A stretch of 64,000 bases of DNA from Ilumatobacteraceae bacterium. GTDB taxonomy: Bacteria > Actinomycetota > Acidimicrobiia > Acidimicrobiales > Ilumatobacteraceae. Below the pieces are notes generated by a model. It was not told the origin of the DNA. It did not search any database and worked only from the letters and a program-made list of their open reading frames with translations. Positions 10,481 through 19,606 of the stretch are shown here, in pieces; the stretch's first letter is position 1; every line of letters starts with the position of its first letter. A program made the position numbers and the translations under genes. The stretch lies in NCBI GenBank assembly GCA_963743825.1, contig CAVURC010000019.1, positions 37,858-101,857 of the forward strand, written 5' to 3'.

Positions 10481-11944
10481 GTGGTCCCCGAACGATTGAC
10501 GCCGGTGTTGCGCGAGTTGGAACCTCTCGCGGAGAGGTTCCGGGCCGCCGGTCACCGCCTCTATCTCGTCGGTGGGACCGTGCGTGATCTGTTCGTGGCC
10601 GGCGATCGAGCCGATTTCGATCTGGATCTCACCACCGATGCGCGACCGCCGGAGATCAAGCGGTGCCTCGAAGGGTGGGCCGACGCGATCTGGAACCAGG
10701 GGGAGAAGTTCGGCACCATCGGCGCCCAACGCGTCGACCCTGCGACCGGTCGGGAGCGGATCTACGAGATCACGACGTTTCGAGCCGAGGCATACACCGA
10801 CGACTCCCGCAAGCCGCACGTGGTGTTCGCGGACGACATCGAGGCCGATCTCTCCCGGCGTGACTTCACCGTCAATGCCATGGCGTTGGAGCTGACCGGC
10901 GACGGTGATCTTCCGGCGTTGATCGATCCGTTCGGAGGTGTCGCCGATCTCGGGACGCGAACGTTGCGGACGCCGCTCGGCCCGGACGTGAGCTTCAGCG
11001 ACGACCCGCTGCGGATGCTGCGAGCGGCACGTTTCATCGCCGGCTACCAGCTCGAGCCGACCGACGATCTCGTGCAGGCGGTTCGCGACATGGCATCGCG
11101 CCTCGAGATCGTGTCGGCCGAACGAATCCGTGACGAACTCGACAAGCTGATGACGGTCGACCACCCGGCCGCCGGACTCTGGTTCCTCGTCGACACGGGT
11201 CTCGCCGATCAGTTCCTGCCCGAGTTGCCGGCCATGCGCCTCGAACACGACCCGATCCACCGTCACAAGGACGTGTTGTCGCACTCGATCGCCGTGGTCG
11301 AGAACGTGCGTCCGCCGCACGAGCATCCGGGGATCGTCGCCGGTGACGAGCCGACGTTCGACTTCCGTCGCACGAGGCTCGCGGCCCTGTTCCACGACGT
11401 CGGCAAGCCGCGCACGCGTGGCTATCTGGAGGGCAAGGGCACGACGTTCCATCATCACGATGCGGTCGGCGCCCGGATGACCCGCAAACGGATGAATGCG
11501 CTGCGCTACTCCAACGACGATGTCGCCGCGGTGACCGAACTCGTCGCCCTCCACCTGCGATTCCACACCTATTCGATGGGTTGGACCGACTCGGCGGTGC
11601 GGCGCTACGTGCGCGACGCCGGGCCGCTGTTGCGCGAACTCAACGTGCTCACGCGTTGCGACTGCACGACCCGCAACGCGAAGAAGGCGGCGCGTCTGTC
11701 GAAGCGGATGGACGAACTGGAGGAGCGCATCGCCGAACTGGAGGCCGCCGAGGAACTCGCGGCGCTGCGGCCTGAACTCGACGGCACGGCGGTGATGGAA
11801 CAGCTGGGCCTCACGCCGGGTCGCGAGGTGGGCGAGGCGATGCGCTTCCTGATGGAGGTCCGTCTCGACGAGGGCCTGCTCGGCGACGATGCGATCCGGA
11901 CGCGCCTCGACGAGTGGTGGGCGGCGCGCAGCATCCCCAGCTGA
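10481..11944 (+). CDS. cca: CCA tRNA nucleotidyltransferase (PolyA polymerase / HD domain family)
   Basis: PolA_pol head domain (GHRLYLVGGTVRDL, RDFTVNAMAL) and HD motif (LFHDVGKP). Positional equivalent of Rv3907c pcnA. Confidence 0.85.
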   Translation: MVPERLTPVLRELEPLAERFRAAGHRLYLVGGTVRDLFVAGDRADFDLDLTTDARPPEIKRCLEGWADAIWNQGEKFGTIGAQRVDPATGRERIYEITTFRAEAYTDDSRKPHVVFADDIEADLSRRDFTVNAMALELTGDGDLPALIDPFGGVADLGTRTLRTPLGPDVSFSDDPLRMLRAARFIAGYQLEPTDDLVQAVRDMASRLEIVSAERIRDELDKLMTVDHPAAGLWFLVDTGLADQFLPELPAMRLEHDPIHRHKDVLSHSIAVVENVRPPHEHPGIVAGDEPTFDFRRTRLAALFHDVGKPRTRGYLEGKGTTFHHHDAVGARMTRKRMNALRYSNDDVAAVTELVALHLRFHTYSMGWTDSAVRRYVRDAGPLLRELNVLTRCDCTTRNAKKAARLSKRMDELEERIAELEAAEELAALRPELDGTAVMEQLGLTPGREVGEAMRFLMEVRLDEGLLGDDAIRTRLDEWWAARSIPS

Positions 11945-11972
11945 CCTGGGCTCGTCGTCGTACCGTTGGGCG

Positions 11973-14276
11973 GTGGAATCGAAGGCTGACGGGACGTTTC
12001 GAGGATGGTGGTTGATCGTCCCGATCGTCGCGGTGTCGGTGACCCTGGTGGTCCTGGTGGTGCTGGCACTCGTGAGGGACGGCACCGATCCGCGCCCGAG
12101 CACCGTCGCAGCAGTCGCGGGAATCGGCCTGCTCGCCATCATCGCGGTGACTGCCACGGCTGTCGAGTCGCGTCGGATCGGGCACCGGTTCCGTCGCACG
12201 ATCGACGAACTCGAGCGCACGCAGGGCGAGATGCGCCGACTGCTCGACGATCTTCCCGATGCGGTCATGGGGCTCGACGAGCGTGGGGTCATCGAATCGG
12301 CCAATCGCCGCGCTGCGCTGCTCACCGGTCGGACGGTCGACGAGTTGGTCGGTCGCACGTTCCTCGAGATGATCGGCGATTCCGACCGTGACGTCGTCAC
12401 CGAGCGTTGGCACTTCGACGACCCGATGCCCGAGCCGCTCGACGGGACCGGCCCGATCGGCAATCACGTGCTGTTCGAACTGGTCGACGCGGACGGCGAG
12501 GCGCACCTCGTCGAAGCGTCGCTGCACCGCCCGTCGGTCGACGATGCTCGCACCACCGGGGGGCTCGTGGTGTTGTTGCGCGATGTCACCGATCGGGCCC
12601 GCAGTACCGTTGCCCTGGAACAGGCGCGCCGGCGTTTCCAACAGGCATTCCATTCGGCGCCGACCGGCATGGCGCTCGTCCGGCTCGATGACAACAGGAT
12701 CATCGACGCCAACCAGTCGCTGGCCGACATGCTCGATCGACCACTCGATTCGCTGATCGGAATGGGGATCCGCCAGATCACCCATCCCGACGATCTCCGT
12801 GCTGCTGCGACGCAACGTGCCCGGCTGGAGCTCGGCATCGCCGACACGTATCTCCTGGAGCAGCGGTATCTGCGCAGCGACGGCGAGTTCGTGTGGGCCC
12901 GCACGCGTGTGTCGGTCACCGAGGACGAGGGCGTGGCGCTCGCGATCACCCACATCGAAGACGTCACCGACCAGCGAATGGCCGCCGAGCGACTCACGCA
13001 TGCAGCGACGCACGACGACCTGACCGAACTCCCCAACCGAGCAGCACTCGTGGACCGGCTCGACGAGTTGCTCGCCGGAGCGATGCCGGGCCAGGTGTCG
13101 GTGCTCTTCATCGACCTCGACAACTTCAAGGTCGTCAACGACAGTCTCGGCCATGCTGTCGGCGACGAACTCCTCCGCGAGGTGGCCCGCCGGTTGCGCC
13201 ATGTGATGCGCGACACGGATCGACTCGCTCGCTTCGGTGGCGACGAGTTCGTCGTGTTCGTCGACGGTGGCGTCGACCCCGCGAAGGTCGCCGAGCGGTT
13301 GCGCCGCGAGGTGCAGCGGCCGGTGGTGATCGACGGTCACGAGTTGGTGACGACCGCCAGCATCGGGTTCGTCGTGAACAGCGCGCTCGGGCTCACCGCC
13401 GATGACCTGTTGCGTGATGCCGACGCGGCGATGTACCGGGCCAAGGCCGGTGGTCGCGACCGGGTCGAGGCGTTCACGGAGGAGACGCGGCGTGCGTCGA
13501 TTGCTGCCTTGCAGACGTCGAGCGAACTCCGACGCGGGCTCGAGCGGGGCGAAGTGGTGCCGTACTTCCAGCCGATCGTCGATCTCGACGGCGGCCAGGT
13601 CGTCGGCTTCGAGGTGTTGGCGCGGTGGTTGCATCCCGACCGCGGTCTGCTCGTGCCGGGCCAATTCCTCCCGATGGCCGAAGAGTCCGGTTTGATGGTC
13701 GACCTCGGTGCTCGAATCCTGCGGGACTCGTTGGCGCAACTCGCCCACTGGCGAGCCGTCGGCCTGCGGTTCGCCGACTGCTCGCTGTCCGTCAACGTCG
13801 CGACACAGCAGCTGATCGATTCCAGCTTCCTCGATCTGGTGCACGACGCGCTCGGCGAGACCGGGATCGACGCCGATTCGCTGTGGTTGGAGATCACCGA
13901 GACGGCCCTGATGGCTGACACCAACGCGGCAGGCAACGCCCTGCGCGACCTTCGCGGGCTCGGGCTGCACCTGTCGGTCGACGACTTCGGCACCGGGTAC
14001 TCGTCGCTCACCTACCTCAAGCGATTCCCGGTCGAGGCCATCAAGGTCGACCGGTCGTTCGTGACCGGGCTCGGCCTGGAGGCCGACGACACCTCGATCG
14101 TCGAAGCCGTCGTCCGTCTCGGACACTCGCTCGGGTTGAGCGTGGTCGCAGAGGGTGTCGAGACTCCGTTGCAGCTCAGCCGGTTACGCGAACTGGGCTG
14201 CGACAAGGGCCAGGGCTACCTGTTCGGTCGTCCTCGCCCGGCCGGCATCACCGCCGCCGAACGTGCCGACGCCTGA
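11973..14276 (+). CDS. membrane-anchored PAS-PAS-GGDEF-EAL c-di-GMP signalling protein
   Basis: N-terminal TM helix, two PAS-like regions, GGDEF (RFGGDEFVV) and EAL (EVLARW ... DDFGTGYSSL). Start set at GTG 11973, after the pcnA stop; the ORF-track start 11889 would overlap pcnA. Confidence 0.8.
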   Translation: MESKADGTFRGWWLIVPIVAVSVTLVVLVVLALVRDGTDPRPSTVAAVAGIGLLAIIAVTATAVESRRIGHRFRRTIDELERTQGEMRRLLDDLPDAVMGLDERGVIESANRRAALLTGRTVDELVGRTFLEMIGDSDRDVVTERWHFDDPMPEPLDGTGPIGNHVLFELVDADGEAHLVEASLHRPSVDDARTTGGLVVLLRDVTDRARSTVALEQARRRFQQAFHSAPTGMALVRLDDNRIIDANQSLADMLDRPLDSLIGMGIRQITHPDDLRAAATQRARLELGIADTYLLEQRYLRSDGEFVWARTRVSVTEDEGVALAITHIEDVTDQRMAAERLTHAATHDDLTELPNRAALVDRLDELLAGAMPGQVSVLFIDLDNFKVVNDSLGHAVGDELLREVARRLRHVMRDTDRLARFGGDEFVVFVDGGVDPAKVAERLRREVQRPVVIDGHELVTTASIGFVVNSALGLTADDLLRDADAAMYRAKAGGRDRVEAFTEETRRASIAALQTSSELRRGLERGEVVPYFQPIVDLDGGQVVGFEVLARWLHPDRGLLVPGQFLPMAEESGLMVDLGARILRDSLAQLAHWRAVGLRFADCSLSVNVATQQLIDSSFLDLVHDALGETGIDADSLWLEITETALMADTNAAGNALRDLRGLGLHLSVDDFGTGYSSLTYLKRFPVEAIKVDRSFVTGLGLEADDTSIVEAVVRLGHSLGLSVVAEGVETPLQLSRLRELGCDKGQGYLFGRPRPAGITAAERADA

Positions 14277-14280
14277 TCTG

Positions 14281-14850
14281 TCAGGAGCCTTCCTTGCGGG
14301 CGCGGAGCACGAGAGTGGTCGGTGATGGCTGCGTCGCCGACGCACCGAGTTCGATGACGTGATCGACACGGAAGTTCGAGCGGTTGAGCGCGGTGAACCA
14401 CGAGCCGATCGTCCGCTCGTCCGCGCCGTAGGGATGGCCGGCGTCGACGCTGGCGAACGGGTGCGGCATCGAGAGCACGAACGGCATGCTCGGCTTGAGG
14501 ATGCGGTGGACCTGGCGCAACAGGCGGCCGAGGTCGTCGACATCGCCGATCGTGTGCGCAGCGAGGACGACCTCGCAGGAGGTCGATGCGATGTCGCCGA
14601 GGTCGGCGAGGTCGGTCTCGAGGCACTGGACGGGCACCTCGGCTGACGCCGCACGCCTGCGGGTCTCGGCGATCCGTGCGGCGTCGGTGTCGACGGCGAT
14701 CGCCTTCGCACCTGCCCGGGCGAACCCGATCGAGTTGTACCAGGGTGAGATGCCGAGCTCGACGGCGCGGCGTCCGTCGCTGACATCGCCGCAGAGACGT
14801 AACTCGTCGTCGTCTGGCGCACCGGGTCCGAAGTTGATGTTGGCGACCAC
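14281..14850 (-). CDS. class I SAM-dependent methyltransferase
   Basis: Rossmann motif RAVELGISPWYNSIGFARAGAKAIAVDTD and acidic loop CLETDLADL. The upstream part of the 502-aa ORF is an antisense over-extension. Start at GTG 14850 is tentative. Confidence 0.65.
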   Translation of the reverse strand: MVANINFGPGAPDDDELRLCGDVSDGRRAVELGISPWYNSIGFARAGAKAIAVDTDAARIAETRRRAASAEVPVQCLETDLADLGDIASTSCEVVLAAHTIGDVDDLGRLLRQVHRILKPSMPFVLSMPHPFASVDAGHPYGADERTIGSWFTALNRSNFRVDHVIELGASATQPSPTTLVLRARKEGS

Positions 14851-14931
14851 GCACCCAGTGTGCCCGACCTGGCCGACGATCACGGGGATCACACCGTGCA
14901 CGGCGATGTCGAGCGGATAGTGTCCGAGGCC

Positions 14932-15327
14932 ATGGCGTTCACCGTCGGTGCACTCCGCGGGTCCGATGGTTCGCGTGGCCTGATCGACCATCGGTTGGCG
15001 CGCCGCATGCTCATCGCCCAGGTGAAGAAGGGGCGGGTTCCGCTCGATCAGGTGTGCGATGCGCATCCGGAGCTGATCCGTGCCGCTCGCAACGTGGGCA
15101 CGCAGACCACGATGCGTTGTCCGATCTGTGAAGAAGCCGATCTCAAGCTCGTCACCTACGTGTTCGGTCCCCGCCTGTCGGCTCAGGGACGTTGTGTGTC
15201 GACCGCCAAGGAGATGCGCCAACTCAACGACCGTCGCGACGAACTCAGTGCCTATGTCGTCGAGGCGTGCGTCGAGTGTCGCTGGAACCATCTGCTGCGG
15301 ATCATTCCCGTCGGCGGCCGGCCGTAG
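14932..15327 (+). CDS. DUF5318-like conserved actinobacterial protein (4-Cys)
   Basis: GLIDHRLARRMLIAQVKKGRVPLDQVCDAHPELIRAA...CPICEE...CVECRWNHLL pattern. Start at MAFTV (ATG 14932). Confidence 0.6.
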   Translation: MAFTVGALRGSDGSRGLIDHRLARRMLIAQVKKGRVPLDQVCDAHPELIRAARNVGTQTTMRCPICEEADLKLVTYVFGPRLSAQGRCVSTAKEMRQLNDRRDELSAYVVEACVECRWNHLLRIIPVGGRP

Positions 15328-15372
15328 ATCACGTGGGTTGCTTCGTTCAGCGGTTGCTCGTTCGATCCGTCG

Positions 15373-15987
15373 GTGCGCATCGGTGCGATCGTCCTGCTCG
15401 GCGTCGGTTGTTCCGGCGAGGCCGCCACGGTCGACGACTCGACCGAGGCAACGGTCGCATCGAGCCCGGTGTCCGTGGGCGAGGTCGAGGAAGACGTCGA
15501 GGGAGGGGTCGAGGTCGAGGTCGAGCAGGATGGTCCATCCGGTCAGCAGCCCGAGGGGTTCTCGACGATGATGGCGCAGATCACCGAGGCCGACGGCGAG
15601 ATCTGCGAGGTCTGCGTGTGGCTGGCCGACACGTCCGACGAACGGGCGCGCGGGCTCATGGGTGTGACCGACCTCGGCGATGCCGTCGGGATGGTGTTCC
15701 GGTTCGAGGAGCCGATCGACGGATCCTTCTACATGTTCCAGACGCCGACGCCGCTGTCGATTGCGTGGTTCGGTCCCGATGGCACGCACGTCGGCTCGGC
15801 CGACATGGCGCCGTGCCTCGACACCCCGGCGGGCGACTGCCCGCTGTACTCGCCGGGAGCCGAGTACGACCTCGCACTCGAGGTGTTCGAGGGTGGACTC
15901 GCCGATCTCGGTGTCGGCCCCGGGTCACAGCTCGAACTCATCGACGGCACCGAGGCCGATGGCTGTCCGCTCGCCGCCCCCGAGTAA
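15373..15987 (+). CDS. DUF192 family lipoprotein
   Basis: Lipobox LLGVGCSG. DUF192 core (EVCVWLADTSDERARGLMGV...MVFRFEE...FYMFQTP). Confidence 0.7.
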   Translation: MRIGAIVLLGVGCSGEAATVDDSTEATVASSPVSVGEVEEDVEGGVEVEVEQDGPSGQQPEGFSTMMAQITEADGEICEVCVWLADTSDERARGLMGVTDLGDAVGMVFRFEEPIDGSFYMFQTPTPLSIAWFGPDGTHVGSADMAPCLDTPAGDCPLYSPGAEYDLALEVFEGGLADLGVGPGSQLELIDGTEADGCPLAAPE

Positions 15988-15991
15988 CCGA

Positions 15992-16040
15992 GCTGCGATG
16001 AGTTTCGCGAGCACCCCCTGCACCTGGATCTCATCGCAGC
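15992..16040 (+). terminator. 11-bp perfect inverted repeat (GCTGCGATGAG...CTCATCGCAGC, 27-nt loop) directly after DUF192 stop
   Basis: Exact complementarity read from the sequence. Sits between DUF192 and the rpsF promoter region. Confidence 0.4.
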
Positions 16041-16236
16041 CGCACGGCGGACCGCTGCGATGTCGCCAACCCCGTGACACCCCCTCGCCATGATGATCGC
16101 CATGAGACACCGTCACGCGACCTGCATCGGCCCCGGTAGGGTTGCGTACGTCCATATTGGCCCTGCCCCATTCCGGGGCTCCCGCCACGGCGCTGTCATC
16201 AGGCAGTCGTGGGGGATCCGAAGGGAGGAAACACGC

Positions 16237-16569
16237 ATGAAGCGTGCATACGAATTGATGATCATCATCGACGGCGACGTCGATGACCCCAAGGCCCAGG
16301 CCTGGATGAAGACGGTGACCGACGGCGTTGTCGCCGTCGGTGGCGAGCTTCACGGCAAGATCGATTGGTGGGGAAAGCGTCAGTTCGCCTACCCGATCAA
16401 CAAGAAGCCGTCCGGCTATTACATGGTCGCCGAGCTGGTGGCACCCGCCGGCTCGCTCGACGAACTCGAGCGCACGCTCCGTCTCGCGGACGATGTTGTC
16501 CGTCACAAGCTCATCCGACTGCCCGAGGCCGAGGCCGAGCGCCGCGGCATGGCAGTCGTTGCCGCCTGA
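16237..16569 (+). CDS. rpsF: 30S ribosomal protein S6
   Basis: MKRAYELMIIIDGDVDD... with GAAGGGAGG RBS 7 nt upstream of ATG 16237. Confidence 0.9.
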   Translation: MKRAYELMIIIDGDVDDPKAQAWMKTVTDGVVAVGGELHGKIDWWGKRQFAYPINKKPSGYYMVAELVAPAGSLDELERTLRLADDVVRHKLIRLPEAEAERRGMAVVAA

Positions 16570-16598
16570 GCGGCAGCAGCCACACGAAGGGGAATCAC

Positions 16599-17045
16599 AT
16601 GGCATCGGAAAACAGCGTCACCCTGGTCGGCAACGTCACCAAGGATCCTGAACTCCGCTACACCACCGGTGGCCGCGGCGTCGCCAGCTTCGGGCTGGCC
16701 GTCAACCGTCGCTACCAGGTCAACGGCGAGTGGCAGGAGCAGGTGTCGTTCTTCAACATCGTCGCCTGGGGCGACCTCGGCGAGAACGCAGCGGCCAGCA
16801 TCAACAAGGGCAACCGCGTCATCGTCACCGGTCGACTCGAGCAACGCTCGTACGAGACCAAAGAGGGCGAGAAGCGCAACGTCACCGAAGTGATCGCCGA
16901 CGAACTCGGCCCGAGCCTGCGCTGGGCGCAGGTGCAGATCGAGCGCATCAGCCGCGACGATGCCGCAGCCCGCACCGGCGGTGGCGGTGGCGGTGGCGCC
17001 GGTCGAGCACCCGATCCCGTGTACGGCGACGAAGAGCCGTTCTGA
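16599..17045 (+). CDS. ssb: single-stranded DNA-binding protein
   Basis: OB-fold (VTLVGNVTKDPELRYTTGG...FFNIVAWGDLGENAA), Gly-rich linker and acidic tail DEEPF. Confidence 0.9.
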   Translation: MASENSVTLVGNVTKDPELRYTTGGRGVASFGLAVNRRYQVNGEWQEQVSFFNIVAWGDLGENAAASINKGNRVIVTGRLEQRSYETKEGEKRNVTEVIADELGPSLRWAQVQIERISRDDAAARTGGGGGGGAGRAPDPVYGDEEPF

Positions 17046-17084
17046 CCCCCCATTGATCTGAATCACCACTCGTAAGGAATCACC

Positions 17085-17534
17085 ATGGCAAGCAAGAAGA
17101 ACAAGGCGCGCAGCGCCCGTGACCTCAACCCCCGGAAGTTCAAGAAGAAGACCAGCGTCCTGGTCATCGACAAGGTCGAGTTCATCGACTACAAGGACGT
17201 CGATCTCCTGAGCCGCTTCATGAGCGACCGCGCCAAGATCAAGAACCGGCGTGTTGCCGGCAACACGCTGCAGCAGCAGCGTGAGATCGCCAACGCCGTG
17301 AAGGTCGCCCGTGAAATGGCGTTGCTTCCGTACGCCAAGCGTGTCGCGTCGACCCGCACCGGTGGCCGAGGTCGTGACGGTGGCCGCGAAGGCGGTCGTG
17401 ACGGTGGCCGCGATCGCGAAACGAGCTTGAGCGACAGTGTCAACGACACCGCCAACGACACCATCGTCGACGACGAGTTGATCGACGATCTCGACATCTC
17501 GATCGACGCCGCTGCCGAGACCGAGGAGGCCTGA
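17085..17534 (+). CDS. rpsR: 30S ribosomal protein S18 with ~65-aa Gly/Arg-rich plus acidic C-terminal extension
   Basis: Canonical S18 core ending ...[11 protein letters not shown], then [18 protein letters not shown] and an acidic tail. The extension contains a 24-nt tandem DNA repeat (gtcgtgacggtggccgcga x2 at 17371-17413). Confidence 0.8.
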   Translation: MASKKNKARSARDLNPRKFKKKTSVLVIDKVEFIDYKDVDLLSRFMSDRAKIKNRRVAGNTLQQQREIANAVKVAREMALLPYAKRVASTRTGGRGRDGGREGGRDGGRDRETSLSDSVNDTANDTIVDDELIDDLDISIDAAAETEEA

Positions 17535-17536
17535 TC

Positions 17537-17983
17537 ATGAAGGTCATTCTTCGTTCCGATCTCGATGGTCTCGGCAAGCGTGGCGACATCGTCGAGGTGG
17601 CCGACGGCCATGCGCGCAACTTCTTGTTCCCGAAGGGCCACGCGATCGTGGCCTCCGACGGTGCGGTCGAGCAGGCCGGCCAGATGCGCCAGGCCCGCGA
17701 TCAGCGCGACTCCAGCGCCCGTGAAGCTGCGACCACCATTGCCAGCACGCTCGTGCCCAAGGTGATCACGGTGTCGGCCAAGGCCGGCCCCGAAGGCAAG
17801 CTCTTCGGTTCGATCACGTCGGCTGACGTGGTTGCCGCCGTCCACGAGCAGACCGACATCGAGCTCGATCGTCGTCAGATCGAAGTCGACGTGATCAAGA
17901 CTGTCGGTCAGCACACGGTGACGGCGTCGCTGCACAACGACGTGTCGTTCCCGATCACCATCGACGTCGTCGCAGCCAACTGA
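17537..17983 (+). CDS. rplI: 50S ribosomal protein L9
   Basis: [34 protein letters not shown]. Confidence 0.9.
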   Translation: MKVILRSDLDGLGKRGDIVEVADGHARNFLFPKGHAIVASDGAVEQAGQMRQARDQRDSSAREAATTIASTLVPKVITVSAKAGPEGKLFGSITSADVVAAVHEQTDIELDRRQIEVDVIKTVGQHTVTASLHNDVSFPITIDVVAAN

Positions 17984-17995
17984 CCGACGTCGCAC

Positions 17996-18016
17996 GGCCT
18001 GGCACACGCCAGGTCC
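17996..18016 (+). terminator. hairpin CCTGGC-ACAC-GCCAGG after rplI
   Basis: 6-bp GC stem 13 nt after the rplI stop. Confidence 0.35.
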
Positions 18017-18057
18017 GATGTCGACAAGTGTGGTGTGAGACCCTTGGTTCAACGCGC

Positions 18058-18158
18058 TTGCCCACAGGTTGTGCACAGACTGTCGGTCCACAGGATTCGA
18101 GAGTTGTCCACAGGCGTTCAACAGGCAAGACCCAGGGTTGTTCCTCTTCCATCGCACA
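18058..18158 (+). promoter_or_regulatory. cluster of 5-6 DnaA-box-like 9-mers upstream of dnaB
   Basis: TTGCCCACA (18058), TTGTGCACA (18069), CGGTCCACA (18084), TTGTCCACA (18104, perfect), GTTCAACAG (18115), ATCGCACA (18151), all on the same strand 30-130 nt upstream of dnaB ATG (18186). Confidence 0.5.
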
Positions 18159-18185
18159 GGAAACCCCTGAGAGAGTGGGATCCCC

Positions 18186-19571
18186 ATGTCGATCGATCGA
18201 GAACTCGGAACCAACCGCACTGAGCGCAGTGGTAGTGCCACAAGCCGTGGCGGGCGCGTGCCTCCCCACAACCTGCAGGCCGAGGAGTCGGTGCTCGGCG
18301 CACTGCTGTTGTCGCGTGACGCCATCGGCGTCGTCGGCGAGGCCGGGCTCAACGTCCGTGACTTCTACAGCCCTGCGCACCAGCAGATCTTCGACTCGGT
18401 CCGCTCGCTGTATTCGTCGTCGGGCCCCGTCGACGTGGTCACGGTTGCCGACGAGCTGCGCCGCCACGGACTGCTCGACGAGATCGGTGGCATCGCGCGG
18501 CTGAACGACCTGCAGAACGCCACGCCGTCGGTGTCGGGTGCCGAACACTATGCCCGCATCGTGATGGACACGGCGCTGCTGCGACGCCTGATCCAGACGG
18601 CCGGCGAGATCACCGACCTCGCCTTCAGTGAGCCCGACGACGTCACCAAGGCCGTCGACCTCGCCGAGTCGAAGATGTTCGAAGTGGCCGAGGATCGTGT
18701 GGTCGATTCGACCCGCCAGATCCAGGAACTCCTCAACGAGACGATGGATCAACTCGAGGAGAACTACGAGCGCGGCGACACCATCACCGGTGCGGCAACC
18801 GGCTACGACGATCTCGACGAACTGCTGTCGGGTCTCCAGCCGAGCACCCTGAACATCGTCGGTGCCCGCCCGGCGATGGGAAAAACCAGTTTCGGGTTGG
18901 GTATGGCGACCCACATTGCGAAGCATTCGGCCAAGCCGGTGCTCGTGTTCTCGCTCGAGATGGGACACTCGGAACTGACGCAGCGCATCCTCGCGAGCGA
19001 GGCGAAGGTCGACTCGACGAAGTTGCGCACCGGCAAGCTCAGCGAAAGCGACTGGTCGAAGATCGGGCTCGCGGTCGGTCGGTTGGAAGTGCCGTTGTTC
19101 CTCGACGACAACCCGCAGGTCACGGTGATGGAGATCCGTGCCAAGGCACGGCGCATCAAGGCCCAGCACGGCGGACTGGCGCTGATCATGATCGATTACC
19201 TGCAGCTGATGAGCGGCAGTGGGCGCTCGGAGAACCGCCAGCTCGAAGTCAGCGAGATCAGTCGAAACCTGAAGGTGCTCGCCCGTGAGCTGGAGGTGCC
19301 GATCGTTGCGCTCAGCCAGCTGAGCCGAAACCTCGAGGCCCGGTCGGACAAACGTCCGATGCTGGCCGACCTGCGCGAGTCGGGCTCGCTCGAACAGGAC
19401 GCCGACGTGGTGATGTTCCTCTACCGCGACGAGGTCTACAACCCCGAGTCGCCCGACAAGGGCTCGGCCGAGGTGATCGTCTCGAAGCATCGATCCGGCC
19501 CGATCGGCACCAAGCGACTGGTCTTCCTCGGCCAGTACACGAGATTCGACAACGCCGCCCGCTCGATGTGA
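18186..19571 (+). CDS. dnaB: replicative DNA helicase DnaB (intein-free)
   Basis: N-terminal DnaB domain (HNLQAEESVLGALLL), Walker A GARPAMGKTSF, and RecA-like C-terminal domain. Confidence 0.9.
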   Translation: MSIDRELGTNRTERSGSATSRGGRVPPHNLQAEESVLGALLLSRDAIGVVGEAGLNVRDFYSPAHQQIFDSVRSLYSSSGPVDVVTVADELRRHGLLDEIGGIARLNDLQNATPSVSGAEHYARIVMDTALLRRLIQTAGEITDLAFSEPDDVTKAVDLAESKMFEVAEDRVVDSTRQIQELLNETMDQLEENYERGDTITGAATGYDDLDELLSGLQPSTLNIVGARPAMGKTSFGLGMATHIAKHSAKPVLVFSLEMGHSELTQRILASEAKVDSTKLRTGKLSESDWSKIGLAVGRLEVPLFLDDNPQVTVMEIRAKARRIKAQHGGLALIMIDYLQLMSGSGRSENRQLEVSEISRNLKVLARELEVPIVALSQLSRNLEARSDKRPMLADLRESGSLEQDADVVMFLYRDEVYNPESPDKGSAEVIVSKHRSGPIGTKRLVFLGQYTRFDNAARSM

Positions 19572-19606
19572 CGTACACGATGTGTCAGACACATCGTGTA
19601 CGTCAC
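19568..19606. terminator. 39-bp perfect palindrome (19-bp arms, 1-nt loop) spanning the stop codons of convergent dnaB and the DSD1-like gene
   Basis: GTGACGTACACGATGTGTC-A-GACACATCGTGTACGTCAC. dnaB TGA at 19569-71; minus-strand TGA at 19603-05. Confidence 0.6.

Noticed and set aside
9695-12463. 922-aa minus-strand ORF
   Set aside because: Antisense to the CCA-adding enzyme and GNAT genes. No recognisable domains; extreme Arg/Pro/Ser bias.
11811-14126. 771-aa minus-strand ORF
   Set aside because: Antisense to the PAS-GGDEF-EAL gene, which has clear domain motifs.
17189-18352. 387-aa minus-strand ORF over the rpsR tail, rplI and the DnaA-box region
   Set aside because: Antisense to ribosomal protein genes; Pro/Ser/Arg repeats are translation of the rpsR tandem repeat.
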